Shown here piece by piece: positions 17,832 through 27,211 of a stretch of DNA of 36,480 bases (position 1 is its first letter; each line of letters begins with the position of its first letter). The translations under genes and the position numbers were made by a program. The notes beneath the pieces were generated by a model. It was not told where the DNA came from and made no database searches. It worked only from the letters and a program-made list of their open reading frames with translations. The stretch lies in IMG/VR virus record IMGVR_UViG_2526164599_000008; one strand, given 5' to 3'. The stretch is from a virus (Duplodnaviria > Heunggongvirae > Uroviricota > Caudoviricetes).

Positions 17832-19327
17832 TGGCGAGGGGTATCTGGGTTTCACCCGATGAATTTGTTGCTTTTTCTGAGCCTCAGAAATCACTGACCG
17901 CGCAGATTGCCTCCCGCAGCCGCGCGATCGACTTTTACGGACTGGGCATGTATCTGCCCAATCCTGATCCCATTCTCAAGGCTCAGGGACGGGATATCCG
18001 TATCTACCGCGAACTGCGCACCGACCCGCTGGTCGGGGGCTGTATCCGCAGACGTAAAGCAGCGCTTAAATCGCTGGAGCGTGGACTGGAGCGTGGTCAC
18101 GCCTCTGCCCGGGTCTTCCGTTTCATCCGCGACATGCTCGACGATCTGGATCTGTCCCGCATCATCGGTGAAATGAGCGATGCCGTGCTCTACGGGTATC
18201 AGCCCTGTGAAATCATGTGGGGCCGTTCGGTCAGGTCGTGGGCGGTGACGGATATTGTCGGCAAACCGCCTGAGTGGTTTCAGTTTGATACGGACAACTG
18301 CCTGCGCTTCCGGGCGCGTGATGCGGGTGTGGAGGGTGAGCTGCTGTCACCGTCAAAATTCGTGGTGCCGGCACAGGATGCCTCGTATGACAATCCTTAC
18401 GGTTTCCCGGACCTGTCCATGTGCTTCTGGCCGGTCGCCTTCAAGAAAGGCGGGATGAAATTCTGGCTCCGCTTTGCCGAAAAGTTTGGCTCCCCGTGGG
18501 TGATCGGTAAGCACCCGAGGGGTGCAAATGATGCAGAGATTGAAAAACTGCTGGACTCCATGGAGCAGATGGTGGAGGACGCGGTGGCCGCCATCCCCGA
18601 TGACAGCAGCATCGAACTCAAAGCCGCGGATGGTAAGGCGGACAGCAGCGAGGTATTCCGCGAGCTGATCACACTGTCACGCAGTGAGATCTCCATTGCA
18701 TTACTCGGTCAGAATCAGACCACGGAAGCGAACAGTAACAAGGCCTCTGCACAGGCCGGGCTGGAGGTAACGGCTGATATCCGCGATGCGGATGCGGACA
18801 TCATTCAGGCGGCAGTGAATCAGGTCATCAGAACGGTGGTCACCCTGAACTTCGGCGATGTGCCGTGTCCGGTCTGGGCCATGTGGGAACAGGAGGCCAT
18901 TGATGACACCCGTGCCACCCGCGACGAAAAACTCACCCGGGCGGGTCTGCGTCTGACCCCGCAGTACTTCAAGCGTGAGTACCAACTGCAGGACGGCGAT
19001 ATTGACGAGACACCACCGTCGGAACGACAGAATAACATGCTGCCGCTGTCATTTGCCGAGGCGATTGATGCTGATATTCAGGCTCAGCAGCAGCTTGACG
19101 ACGCGCTGGACATTCTGATGAACGGAGGCGCGTTAAATGGCACGCTGGAACCCGTCCTGGCACCTCTGTTCAGGCGGGTCGAAAATGGGGTTAACCCGTC
19201 TGAGCTGCTGGGCGAACTGGCGGAGCTCTACCCTCAGATGAACACGGACGATCTGCAGGAGCGGCTGGCCCGCATTCTCTTTGTGACAAATATCTGGGGG
19301 CGTCTGCATGAGCGTGACAACGGCTGA
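17831..19327 (+). CDS. Portal protein (Mu gp29-like)
   Basis: 498 aa, immediately after the terminase. Size and order as in Mu-like head modules. Confidence 0.65.
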   Translation: MARGIWVSPDEFVAFSEPQKSLTAQIASRSRAIDFYGLGMYLPNPDPILKAQGRDIRIYRELRTDPLVGGCIRRRKAALKSLERGLERGHASARVFRFIRDMLDDLDLSRIIGEMSDAVLYGYQPCEIMWGRSVRSWAVTDIVGKPPEWFQFDTDNCLRFRARDAGVEGELLSPSKFVVPAQDASYDNPYGFPDLSMCFWPVAFKKGGMKFWLRFAEKFGSPWVIGKHPRGANDAEIEKLLDSMEQMVEDAVAAIPDDSSIELKAADGKADSSEVFRELITLSRSEISIALLGQNQTTEANSNKASAQAGLEVTADIRDADADIIQAAVNQVIRTVVTLNFGDVPCPVWAMWEQEAIDDTRATRDEKLTRAGLRLTPQYFKREYQLQDGDIDETPPSERQNNMLPLSFAEAIDADIQAQQQLDDALDILMNGGALNGTLEPVLAPLFRRVENGVNPSELLGELAELYPQMNTDDLQERLARILFVTNIWGRLHERDNG

Positions 19328-20129
19328 ACTGGCGTACTGCATGACGCTTCCCCCGAAGCGGGCAATCAACTACCTGAAGTCCAAAGGGTATCAGATTACC
19401 TGGGACTGGGAAGAAATGTGGCAGGAGGCCCATGCCCGCGCCTTTACCGTTGCTAAAGTGACCCGCCTGGATATCCTGGAAGATATTCGCGGGGCACTGC
19501 AGCAGGCTGTCGATGAAGGAAAAACCGATCGCTGGTTCCGGCAGGAGCTGGAGCCGGTGCTGAAGCGTAAGGGATGGTGGGGACCACGTGACACGACTGA
19601 CCCGGTAACGGGTGAGCCAGTCACCATTCAGCAGGGCAGTCCGTGGCGGCTCGATACCATCTTTCGCACCAATATGTCCGTACTCTACAGCGCCGGTCGT
19701 TGGGCGGAACAGATGGAAAACGTCGACGACAGGCCGTACTGGATGTATACCGGCATCAACGACAGCCATACCCGCAGGAGCCATCTGGCGCTGCATGGTC
19801 TGGTGCTGCGCTGGGATGACCCGTTCTGGCAGGCATTTTACCCGCCGAACGGCTGGCGCTGCCGCTGTAGTGTGATTGCCCTGAGTGCGGCGGATGTACG
19901 TGCCCGTGGCCTGAAGGTTATCAGCTCCGGCTCTGCCATGGGCCAGGAACTGAAACTGGTCTCAGAGAAAACCGGCGAAATGCGGAACGTGGCCACCTTT
20001 AATACCGGCACCACGAAGGTGACCACCGACGTCGGCTGGTCTTATGCACCGGGGGCAGCATACCGTCCCGACCTGGCCCGCTATCAGGGTACGCTTCAGC
20101 CACTGGCACAACAGGAACTGAGAGGATAA
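19308..20129 (+). CDS. Head morphogenesis protein (Mu F-like)
   Basis: 273 aa. Conserved block DSHTRRSHLALHGLVLRWDDPFW...GWRCRCSV matches the Mu F-family signature from memory. Confidence 0.65.
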   Translation: MSVTTAELAYCMTLPPKRAINYLKSKGYQITWDWEEMWQEAHARAFTVAKVTRLDILEDIRGALQQAVDEGKTDRWFRQELEPVLKRKGWWGPRDTTDPVTGEPVTIQQGSPWRLDTIFRTNMSVLYSAGRWAEQMENVDDRPYWMYTGINDSHTRRSHLALHGLVLRWDDPFWQAFYPPNGWRCRCSVIALSAADVRARGLKVISSGSAMGQELKLVSEKTGEMRNVATFNTGTTKVTTDVGWSYAPGAAYRPDLARYQGTLQPLAQQELRG

Positions 20130-20131
20130 CA

Positions 20132-20590
20132 ATGGCTTCCGATAACCTGGTCAGTATCACCATTAACGATAAATCCCTGCGCCGGAGCCTCCGTGCGCTG
20201 GATCTTGCTGCCACAGACCTGGAGCCCGCGATGCGCAAAATTGCCGGAACCCTGCTGGCGGAAACACAGTTTAACTTTCTTGATGAGGGGCGTCCGGGGT
20301 GGATGCCCTCGCTGGCAGCGGAAGAGCGTGACGGGCAGACACTGCAGGATACCGGGCGTCTGATGGGGTCAGTATCAACCGACCATGACGACCGGCAGGC
20401 TGTTGTGGGGACCAACGTTGTTTACGGTGCCATTCACCAGTTCGGGGGTAAAACGGGGCGTAATGAGTCTGTTGAACTTCCGGCCCGCCCGTTCCTGCCG
20501 GTGACGGGGGATGGAGAACTACAGCCTGAAGTGGTAATCCCCATCCTCGATACCATTGTCCGCCATCTTGAATCAGCGGCCCGTCGCTGA
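20132..20590 (+). CDS. Virion morphogenesis protein (Mu G-like)
   Basis: 152 aa following the F-like gene, as in Mu. Confidence 0.5.
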   Translation: MASDNLVSITINDKSLRRSLRALDLAATDLEPAMRKIAGTLLAETQFNFLDEGRPGWMPSLAAEERDGQTLQDTGRLMGSVSTDHDDRQAVVGTNVVYGAIHQFGGKTGRNESVELPARPFLPVTGDGELQPEVVIPILDTIVRHLESAARR

Positions 20591-20804
20591 GTTTTCTCTC
20601 TTCAGGCGGGTGATTTATCATTGCCAGCGAATGAGGGGCTGTATTACCTTTATAAAGGCTTTACAGCCTCTGTTTTATAACCGCCTCCGGTTCACCGTAT
20701 TGCTTTCCCTGTCCTTCTCCCCTGATGTTTTCTAAAGCAGATTAAAATCGCCGGGCCTGCATTTCTCACAAACTGTCTCCGACAACATAACGCGGGACAG
20801 CAAA
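20591..20804. promoter_or_regulatory. Intergenic gap in the head module with nested palindrome; candidate late promoter and/or terminator
   Basis: About 214 bp non-coding. GGCTGTA...CCTTTATAAAGG...TACAGCC followed by CTGTTTTAT. Mu has a C-dependent promoter upstream of gene I at the equivalent position. Confidence 0.4.
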
Positions 20805-21920
20805 ATGTCAGCCATTCACATTTTTAAAGCCGGTACTCATACCGATATGCACGGCAAAAAACTGCCGTTCACGCCAGACGATCTTGCCGCCTGCGTGAAA
20901 GCCTATGACCCGTCCGTCCATGAAGCACCACTCGTGATTGGTCATCCCAGAACGGAAGACCCGGCGTGGGGCTGGGTGAAAGCCCTGTCGCTCAGCGGCG
21001 TCGATCTGATGGCAGAGCCTGCCCAGCTGGACCCGCAGTTTGCTGAGATGGTCACCGACGGACGATTCAAAAAAGTGTCCGCCTCTTTCTACCTCCCGGA
21101 TTCACCGTCCAATCCGAAGCCCGGCGTGCTCTACCTGCGCCATGTGGGCTTTCTCGGGGCACAGCCACCTTCCGTCAAGGGGCTGAAACAGGTGTCCTTC
21201 AGTGAGCAGGAAGAAGGTGTGGTGGAGTTCGCCGACTGGCAGGCCATCACGAATGCCTCCCTGTGGGGAAAGCTGCGCGATTTTCTGATCGCCCGCTTCA
21301 GTCTGGACGAAGCAGAAAAAGTCCTGCCGGAATGGCAGCTCAACAATCTGCGCGAAGAGGCGTACCGCGACACACCGTCGCAGGATGCAGCAGGTGCGCA
21401 ATTCAGTGAGACAGGCCAGGTGCCGTCTTCCGCAAGTAACGAGGAATCATCGATGACAAAAGAAGAGATTGAAGCCCTTCAGGAGGAGAACCGCCGCCTG
21501 AAGCAGCAGGCTGCTGATCGCGATGCGCGTGATGCACAGGTCAGACAGGAGCAACTGCATAAGGACAATGTGGCCTTTGCAGAAAAACTGGTCGCAGAGG
21601 GCCGTCTGGCTCCCCGCGCCTCCTCCGTGGTGGTTGCCCTGCTGGATGCCGTCGCCGGTGGCGACAAGCCGGTGGAGTTTGCTGAGGGGGAAAGCCGCAC
21701 ACCGCTGGCCACCGCCTTTCGTTCATTGCTCTCCGACGGGGAGCCGGTGATGAATTTCGCCGAACAGGCCACAAAAGAGCGTGTCGGCGACACGGTGAAG
21801 GTGGATGTGGCAGAGTTTGCGGAAGCCGATCCTGAGCGTCTGGCCCTGCATCAGAAAGCAGTGGCCCTGTCCAAAAAAGAAGGCATCAGCTATGAGGCTG
21901 CTGTCGCACGCTGCCTGTAA
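20805..21920 (+). CDS. Head maturation protease / scaffold (Mu I-like)
   Basis: 371 aa, N-terminal region resembles Mu I. C-terminal half is charged and helical (scaffold-like). Confidence 0.6.
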   Translation: MSAIHIFKAGTHTDMHGKKLPFTPDDLAACVKAYDPSVHEAPLVIGHPRTEDPAWGWVKALSLSGVDLMAEPAQLDPQFAEMVTDGRFKKVSASFYLPDSPSNPKPGVLYLRHVGFLGAQPPSVKGLKQVSFSEQEEGVVEFADWQAITNASLWGKLRDFLIARFSLDEAEKVLPEWQLNNLREEAYRDTPSQDAAGAQFSETGQVPSSASNEESSMTKEEIEALQEENRRLKQQAADRDARDAQVRQEQLHKDNVAFAEKLVAEGRLAPRASSVVVALLDAVAGGDKPVEFAEGESRTPLATAFRSLLSDGEPVMNFAEQATKERVGDTVKVDVAEFAEADPERLALHQKAVALSKKEGISYEAAVARCL

Positions 21921-21934
21921 TTTAAGGAGAGAGC

Positions 21935-22888
21935 ATGTCTGATTACTTAAAAGGTAAACGTGTCGTTGATCCGGTACTGACCAGTATCGCCCGTGGCTAT
22001 AAAAATGCCGCATTCATCGGCGAACGTATTTTCCCCGTCGTGCTGACGGACAAGGAAGGCGTGCGTGTACCGACCTTCGGGAAAACCGCCTTTGTGGAAT
22101 ATGACACCGAGCGTGCCGTCGGGGCGGACAGCAATGTTCTGGTTCGTGAAAAAACAGGCACGCTGGACCTGGTGCTGGGTGAACACGATCTGGCTGCGCC
22201 GGTGGACTATCGCGAGCAGGCGGAGTCCATGTTTAACGAAGAGAGCAAGGCCATCCGTCGCGCCACGAATGGCGTGAACCTGCGCCGTGAACTTATCGCT
22301 GCCCGTCTGGCTCAGGATGAAAAGGTCTACCGTACCGGGCACGTCAAAAAACTGACAGCCAGTGATCGCTGGGCCGGTGGTAAGGGGGACCCCATCGGGG
22401 TGATTGAAGCCGGTATGGAAGCGGTCCGTACGGCCACGGGGCTGCGTCCTAACCTGATGACCATGGGGGCCGGCGTGATGGCGCTGCTGAAGTTCCACCC
22501 GGCGATTCAGGCCGCCATCGGAGCCAACGAACGCAAGCGCATCACCACAGAAATCCTGCAGGACCTCTTTCAGATCGAAGAGATCGTCATCGGTGCCCCA
22601 GTCTCCCTGCCGTCCATGAAAGCGGCAATGGATAAGAACAGCGTGCCGGCGGATATCTGGGGAGACAATCTGATGCTGCACTATGTCGGCAAACCGCAGC
22701 CGGGGGCGGACAGCGCGGACGAGAACGAGCCGTCCTTCGGCTACACCCTGCGTCGTAAGGGGATGCCTGTTGCCGACAAATACGACGGAGCCGGTGGCAA
22801 GGTGAAGTACTGCCGTTATACCGATATCTACAAAGTCGCCGTGGTTGGTGGCGATGCCGGGTATCTCATTACCGGTATCAGTAAATAA
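21935..22888 (+). CDS. Major capsid protein
   Basis: 317 aa directly after the protease/scaffold, with a strong upstream AGGAG. Size typical of major head proteins. Confidence 0.7.
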   Translation: MSDYLKGKRVVDPVLTSIARGYKNAAFIGERIFPVVLTDKEGVRVPTFGKTAFVEYDTERAVGADSNVLVREKTGTLDLVLGEHDLAAPVDYREQAESMFNEESKAIRRATNGVNLRRELIAARLAQDEKVYRTGHVKKLTASDRWAGGKGDPIGVIEAGMEAVRTATGLRPNLMTMGAGVMALLKFHPAIQAAIGANERKRITTEILQDLFQIEEIVIGAPVSLPSMKAAMDKNSVPADIWGDNLMLHYVGKPQPGADSADENEPSFGYTLRRKGMPVADKYDGAGGKVKYCRYTDIYKVAVVGGDAGYLITGISK

Positions 22889-22897
22889 GGAGGCGTT

Positions 22898-23236
22898 ATG
22901 GGAACCACTCAGCAGGTCATTCTGATCACAACCGTAACGGCAGGGGCAGCACTGGCACAGCAGCGTTTTGTCGGGGCAGATAATACCCCCTGTAAAGCCG
23001 GTGCCGCAGCGCTCGGGGTTGCCGAAGTGGATGCTGTTACCGGCGACAGCACGCCGGTGAGCGTTCTGGGCATTATTGCTGTCGAGGCCGGGGCCGCTGT
23101 CAGCCGTGGTGTGGCTGTTCAGTCAGATGCTCAGGCCAGAGCCGTGCCGCAGTCCGGCGACGGTAAATCCTGTGGTATTGCACTTGATGAAGCCGGGGGT
23201 GAAGGCGACGTCATTCGTATCCTGCGCGGGGTGTGA
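22898..23236 (+). CDS. Small Ala/Gly/Val-rich head-associated protein
   Basis: 112-aa ORF just after the capsid gene, with GGAGG upstream. Confidence 0.4.
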   Translation: MGTTQQVILITTVTAGAALAQQRFVGADNTPCKAGAAALGVAEVDAVTGDSTPVSVLGIIAVEAGAAVSRGVAVQSDAQARAVPQSGDGKSCGIALDEAGGEGDVIRILRGV

Positions 23237-23237
23237 C

Positions 23238-23684
23238 ATGTACTGCACCCTGGAGGATTTGCTTGCGCAGGTGCCGGAGCGGACGCTTATCGAGCTCACC
23301 AGTGAAGAGATGGACTTCGACTCGCCTGCAACAGTGAATACCCGTGTGGTGGACAGCTGTATCCGCTATGCCGACGAGCTGATTGATGCCCATCTGCGCG
23401 GACGCTATATCCTGCCACTGGCAGAGATACCGACTGTTCTGCGGGACATTGCCATCACGCTGGTCCGTTACCGGCTCTACGCCCGCCGCCCGGAAGGTGA
23501 CCTCCCGGATACGGTGAAGGATGACCACAAAGAAGCGCTGCGGCAACTCAGGGAGTTACGTGATAACAGGCTCACGCTGGGGCTGCCGTCCACTCAGAAA
23601 GATGTGCCTGAGCCTGGCGAGTTTCGTGTACGCAGTCGCCCGGCCACTTTCGGCGGTCGTGACGGTTTACTGGAGAAATACTGA
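23238..23684 (+). CDS. Head-tail connector-type protein (Mu gp36-like)
   Basis: Track ORF 23076..23684 trimmed to the ATG at 23238, 1 nt after the upstream stop. MYCTLEDLLAQVPERTLIELT... Confidence 0.45.
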   Translation: MYCTLEDLLAQVPERTLIELTSEEMDFDSPATVNTRVVDSCIRYADELIDAHLRGRYILPLAEIPTVLRDIAITLVRYRLYARRPEGDLPDTVKDDHKEALRQLRELRDNRLTLGLPSTQKDVPEPGEFRVRSRPATFGGRDGLLEKY

Positions 23685-24148
23685 TGAACGTTCTGCCCGT
23701 CCTTGATGCGGTACTGGCCCGGTTACGCGAGAAGCTGCCGCAACTGCAGGTGGAGTACTTCCCGGAGAAACCGGCTGAATATCGCCTGAACCATCCGGTT
23801 GGCGCGTTGCTGCTGAGCTATGCCGGTTCGCGCTTTGACAGGCCGGATGATACCGGTGCGGTGATCCAGTCTCAGACTATCCAGCTCTGCGTCACGGTGG
23901 TCTTCCGCCAGCTCAACGGTAAAAAAGGGGCGATTAATGTCCTGGATGCTGTCCGCCGCATTCTCGGTGGCTACACCCCGCCCGGCTGCCGCCGCCGTAT
24001 CTGGCTGACCCGCGAGGTGTTTATCGGTGAAGTCAGGGGGCTGTGGCAATACGCCCTCGACTTCGCGACTGAAAGCATCTTTATCGAAGACAGCGATTTA
24101 CCGTCCGGCCCGCTGTTAACCGAAGTGAACTATGAGGAAAGCGAGTGA
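23684..24148 (+). CDS. Head-tail joining protein (Mu gp37-like)
   Basis: 154 aa, coupled to the upstream gene. Confidence 0.4.
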   Translation: MNVLPVLDAVLARLREKLPQLQVEYFPEKPAEYRLNHPVGALLLSYAGSRFDRPDDTGAVIQSQTIQLCVTVVFRQLNGKKGAINVLDAVRRILGGYTPPGCRRRIWLTREVFIGEVRGLWQYALDFATESIFIEDSDLPSGPLLTEVNYEESE

Positions 24149-24399
24149 TGAAAGCATACCGCTATTCCGGCCCGGCCAGCGGCGTCACGCTGTCGGACGG
24201 AACCGAAATCCTGCTCTGGCCGGGGAAGGCGGTTTCCCTGCCGGAGGAGCATGACTACGTGAAGGTACTGGTGGCGCTGAAGCATCTGACGCCGGTACCA
24301 GAAGATACTAAACCCGCCGTCACACCGGCTGTGCAGTCACCAAAGCGCAGAAGCAGCAGTGACAGCGAAGTGAAAACGGAGGACGCCCATGGCAGCTAA
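24145..24399 (+). CDS. Hypothetical small protein
   Basis: 84 aa immediately upstream of the sheath gene. Confidence 0.4.
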   Translation: MMKAYRYSGPASGVTLSDGTEILLWPGKAVSLPEEHDYVKVLVALKHLTPVPEDTKPAVTPAVQSPKRRSSSDSEVKTEDAHGS

Positions 24400-25816
24400 C
24401 TATCTGCATGGTCCCGAAACCATTGAGGTGGAAAACGGAGCCCGCCCGGTTAAAACGGTGAAATCTGCCGTTATTGGCCTGATTGGTACCGCCCCGATGG
24501 GGGATGTCAATACGCTGGTACAGTGCCTGTCTGAGAAAGACGCAGCGGCATTTGGCAGCCAGTTCACCGGCTTTACCATTCCGCAGGCGCTGGATGCGAT
24601 TTATGACCATGGTGCAGGCACCGTTCTGGTCATTAACGTCCTCGACCCGGCGAAACATAAAACGGCGATCGAGGATGAGGTGGTTACCTTTGACAAATCG
24701 ACAGGGCAGGCCAGACTGGCGCATCCGGTTGTCGCTAATGTGGTGGTGAAAAACAGTGAAGGCAGCACCACCCACACGGCGAACACGGACTACCGTGTTG
24801 ATGCGCAGGCGGGTGTGCTCACGAACCTGGGCAAGGCTATTGAGGCCGGTGGCAGCGTGAAGGTGAGCTATGAGTACGCGGACCCGTCGAAGGTGACTGC
24901 GGCGGACATCATCGGCGGGGTGAACAGCGCCGGAAACCGAACCGGCATGAAGCTGCTTAACGACAGCTTCAACCTGTACGGCTATTTCGCCAAAATTCTG
25001 ATTGCGCCGGTGTTCTGCACCCAGAAGAGTGTCGCAGTTGAGCTTATCGCCATGGCAGAGAAGCTGGGCGCGGTAACCTACATTGATGCGCCTGTCGGTA
25101 CCACCTTTGCACAGGCTCTGGCAGGTCGTGGCCCGGAAGGCACCATCAACTTCAATACCAGCTCCGACCGCGTCCGTCTGTGCTATCCGCATGTGAAGGT
25201 ATATGACCCGGTGACAAACACAGAGCGTCTGGAGCCGCTCAGCCAGCGTGCAGCAGGTCTGCGTGCCAGAGTCGATCTGGACAAGGGCTACTGGTGGTCA
25301 TCCTCCAATCAGGAGATTCTGGGGATCACCGGCGTGGAGCGCCAGCTGTCCGCGATGATTGATGACCCGCAGAGTGAGGTAAACCTGCTTAACGAACAGG
25401 GGATCACCACGGTATTCAGCAGTTACGGCAGCGGCCTTCGTCTGTGGGGTAACCGGACGGCAGCATGGCCAACGGTCACCCATATGCGTAACTTTGAGAA
25501 CGTTCGCCGCACCGGTGATGTGATCAACGAGTCCATTCGTTATTTCAGCCAGCAGTACATCGACATGCCGATTACTCAGGCGCTGATTGATGCACTGACG
25601 GAGTCGGTCAACGCCTACGGTCGCAAAATGACTGGTGATGGTGCGGTACTGGGCTTCCGTTGCTGGTTTGATCCGGCCCGCAATCCGGAGACGGAGCTGG
25701 CCGCCGGGCACCTGTTGCTGAGCTACAAATATACGCCACCACCGCCGCTGGAGCGACTGACGTTTGAGACTGAGATCACCTCGGAATACCTGTTAACCCT
25801 GAAAGGGGGCAACTGA
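24389..25816 (+). CDS. Tail sheath protein
   Basis: 475 aa followed directly by a tube-sized gene. Contractile-tail gene order sheath, tube, chaperone, tape measure. Confidence 0.75.
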   Translation: MAANYLHGPETIEVENGARPVKTVKSAVIGLIGTAPMGDVNTLVQCLSEKDAAAFGSQFTGFTIPQALDAIYDHGAGTVLVINVLDPAKHKTAIEDEVVTFDKSTGQARLAHPVVANVVVKNSEGSTTHTANTDYRVDAQAGVLTNLGKAIEAGGSVKVSYEYADPSKVTAADIIGGVNSAGNRTGMKLLNDSFNLYGYFAKILIAPVFCTQKSVAVELIAMAEKLGAVTYIDAPVGTTFAQALAGRGPEGTINFNTSSDRVRLCYPHVKVYDPVTNTERLEPLSQRAAGLRARVDLDKGYWWSSSNQEILGITGVERQLSAMIDDPQSEVNLLNEQGITTVFSSYGSGLRLWGNRTAAWPTVTHMRNFENVRRTGDVINESIRYFSQQYIDMPITQALIDALTESVNAYGRKMTGDGAVLGFRCWFDPARNPETELAAGHLLLSYKYTPPPPLERLTFETEITSEYLLTLKGGN

Positions 25817-26337
25817 TGTCAAAGATTGAGATAAACCGCATCACGAATGCCAACATCTATCTGGATGGTACTAACCTGCTGGGACGGGCTGAGGAAGTTA
25901 AACTCCCCGATGTCTCCATGATTATGCAGGAACACAAGGCGCTGGGGATGGTGGGTAAGGTGGAACTCCCGGCTGGTTTTGACAAACTGGAAGGCGAAAT
26001 CAAATGGAACAGCTTTTACCGCGATGCGATGCTGTCTGCCGCTAACCCGTACAGGTCGCTGGCACTGCAGTGTCGTTCCAGCGTCCAGCGCTACAGCTCG
26101 CAGGGGCTGATTGACGAAATCCCGCTGGTCACCTTCCTGACGATTATGTTCAAGAAGAACCCTCTGGGGACGTTCAAACAGCACGAGAACGCCGAGTTCT
26201 CCAGTAGCTTCACCTGCACGTATATCAGACAGGTACTGGATGGTGAAGAGCTGCTGCAACTGGACTATCTGGCCAACATCTTCCGGGTCGGCGGTGTTGA
26301 TCAACTGACTGACTACCGTATCAATATCGGGGGCTGA
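25816..26337 (+). CDS. Tail tube protein
   Basis: 173 aa directly after the sheath gene. Confidence 0.7.
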   Translation: MSKIEINRITNANIYLDGTNLLGRAEEVKLPDVSMIMQEHKALGMVGKVELPAGFDKLEGEIKWNSFYRDAMLSAANPYRSLALQCRSSVQRYSSQGLIDEIPLVTFLTIMFKKNPLGTFKQHENAEFSSSFTCTYIRQVLDGEELLQLDYLANIFRVGGVDQLTDYRINIGG

Positions 26338-26339
26338 CG

Positions 26340-26621
26340 ATGAGTGTTGAACTGACGGATAAAGGAAGACGATGTGCGGCACTGGGCATGTCAAATGGTA
26401 CGTGGTTTACCCTCCTTGATATTCCGGGGGTGGAAACCCTTTTTAATACCCGTAAAACCAATGACCCGATTGACTGCACACGTTCAAAGGCCCGCAAACT
26501 GGCGGATTTGATTGAAGCATGGGAGCCTCCCGACCACTGGTTCTCCGGCACCGGCAAATCTGAGGGAAAGACGCTTCTCATCGCTTTCCTGCGTAACTGC
26601 AAGGGGTTTCGCACTTGCTGA
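26340..26621 (+). CDS. Hypothetical small protein
   Basis: 93 aa followed by the hairpin AGGGGC-TCCG-GCCCCT and a T-rich stretch. Confidence 0.4.
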   Translation: MSVELTDKGRRCAALGMSNGTWFTLLDIPGVETLFNTRKTNDPIDCTRSKARKLADLIEAWEPPDHWFSGTGKSEGKTLLIAFLRNCKGFRTC

Positions 26622-26718
26622 CATCACAGGGGCTCCGGCCCCTTCTTCTTAATCTCCTTTAATATCCGTCACGCGCTTCTCCCGACATACTGCCCTGAAC
26701 TTACACAGGAGCACAATC

Positions 26719-26991
26719 ATGTCACAGACCCCATCCGATACTTTTAAATTGTCTTATCCCTTCACCACTGCTGCAGGCACCAGAATTGAGCAGGTTGAAC
26801 TGAAACGCCTGACGGTAAAAGACCTGAAGCAGGTGCGCAAAATCAGCAAAAACCCGGCAGACTGGGACGAACCGCTGATTGCCCGCAGTACTGGTCTTCT
26901 CCCGGAAGATCTCGACAATATGGATCTGGCTGATTACCTGCAGTTACAGAAACGATTTCAGCTCATCACGGGGATGGGTGAGAGCAACTAG
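26719..26991 (+). CDS. Tail assembly chaperone (P2 gpE-like)
   Basis: 90 aa upstream of the tape measure. Overlapped by a second ORF, the hallmark of tail chaperone frameshift pairs. Confidence 0.6.
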   Translation: MSQTPSDTFKLSYPFTTAAGTRIEQVELKRLTVKDLKQVRKISKNPADWDEPLIARSTGLLPEDLDNMDLADYLQLQKRFQLITGMGESN

Positions 26992-27136
26992 GGCGCTGAC
27001 GCAGGCGCAGGGGCTGCTGGCGAGATGGTTCCGGTTTCAGCCGGGGGAGATTGATGCCCTCGATACTGACGATCTGGAGATGTGGCTGGAGCAGGCTGAA
27101 GAGCAAATAAAAAGCGAGTACGGCGACAAATCATAG
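26879..27136 (+). CDS. Frameshift extension of the tail assembly chaperone (E' equivalent), +1 frame relative to the chaperone
   Basis: Overlaps the chaperone ORF by 113 nt in the +1 frame and ends about 75 nt before the tape measure. Probably expressed only as a frameshift fusion. Confidence 0.5.
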   Translation: MPAVLVFSRKISTIWIWLITCSYRNDFSSSRGWVRATRALTQAQGLLARWFRFQPGEIDALDTDDLEMWLEQAEEQIKSEYGDKS

Positions 27137-27211
27137 TACAGACAGCCGCCAGTAGCGGCTGTTCTGCGTTATCCCCTCACGTCTTTTCACCTTCCCCGGA
27201 GGTTAACCACT

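Noticed and set aside
21947-22681. 244-aa antisense ORF opposite the major capsid gene
   Set aside because: Same reasoning: fully overlapped by a strongly supported structural gene in an uninterrupted co-directional operon.
24320-25192. 290-aa antisense ORF opposite the tail sheath gene
   Set aside because: Fully overlapped by the sheath gene; composition is typical of a GC-rich reverse frame; no operon context on the minus strand here.
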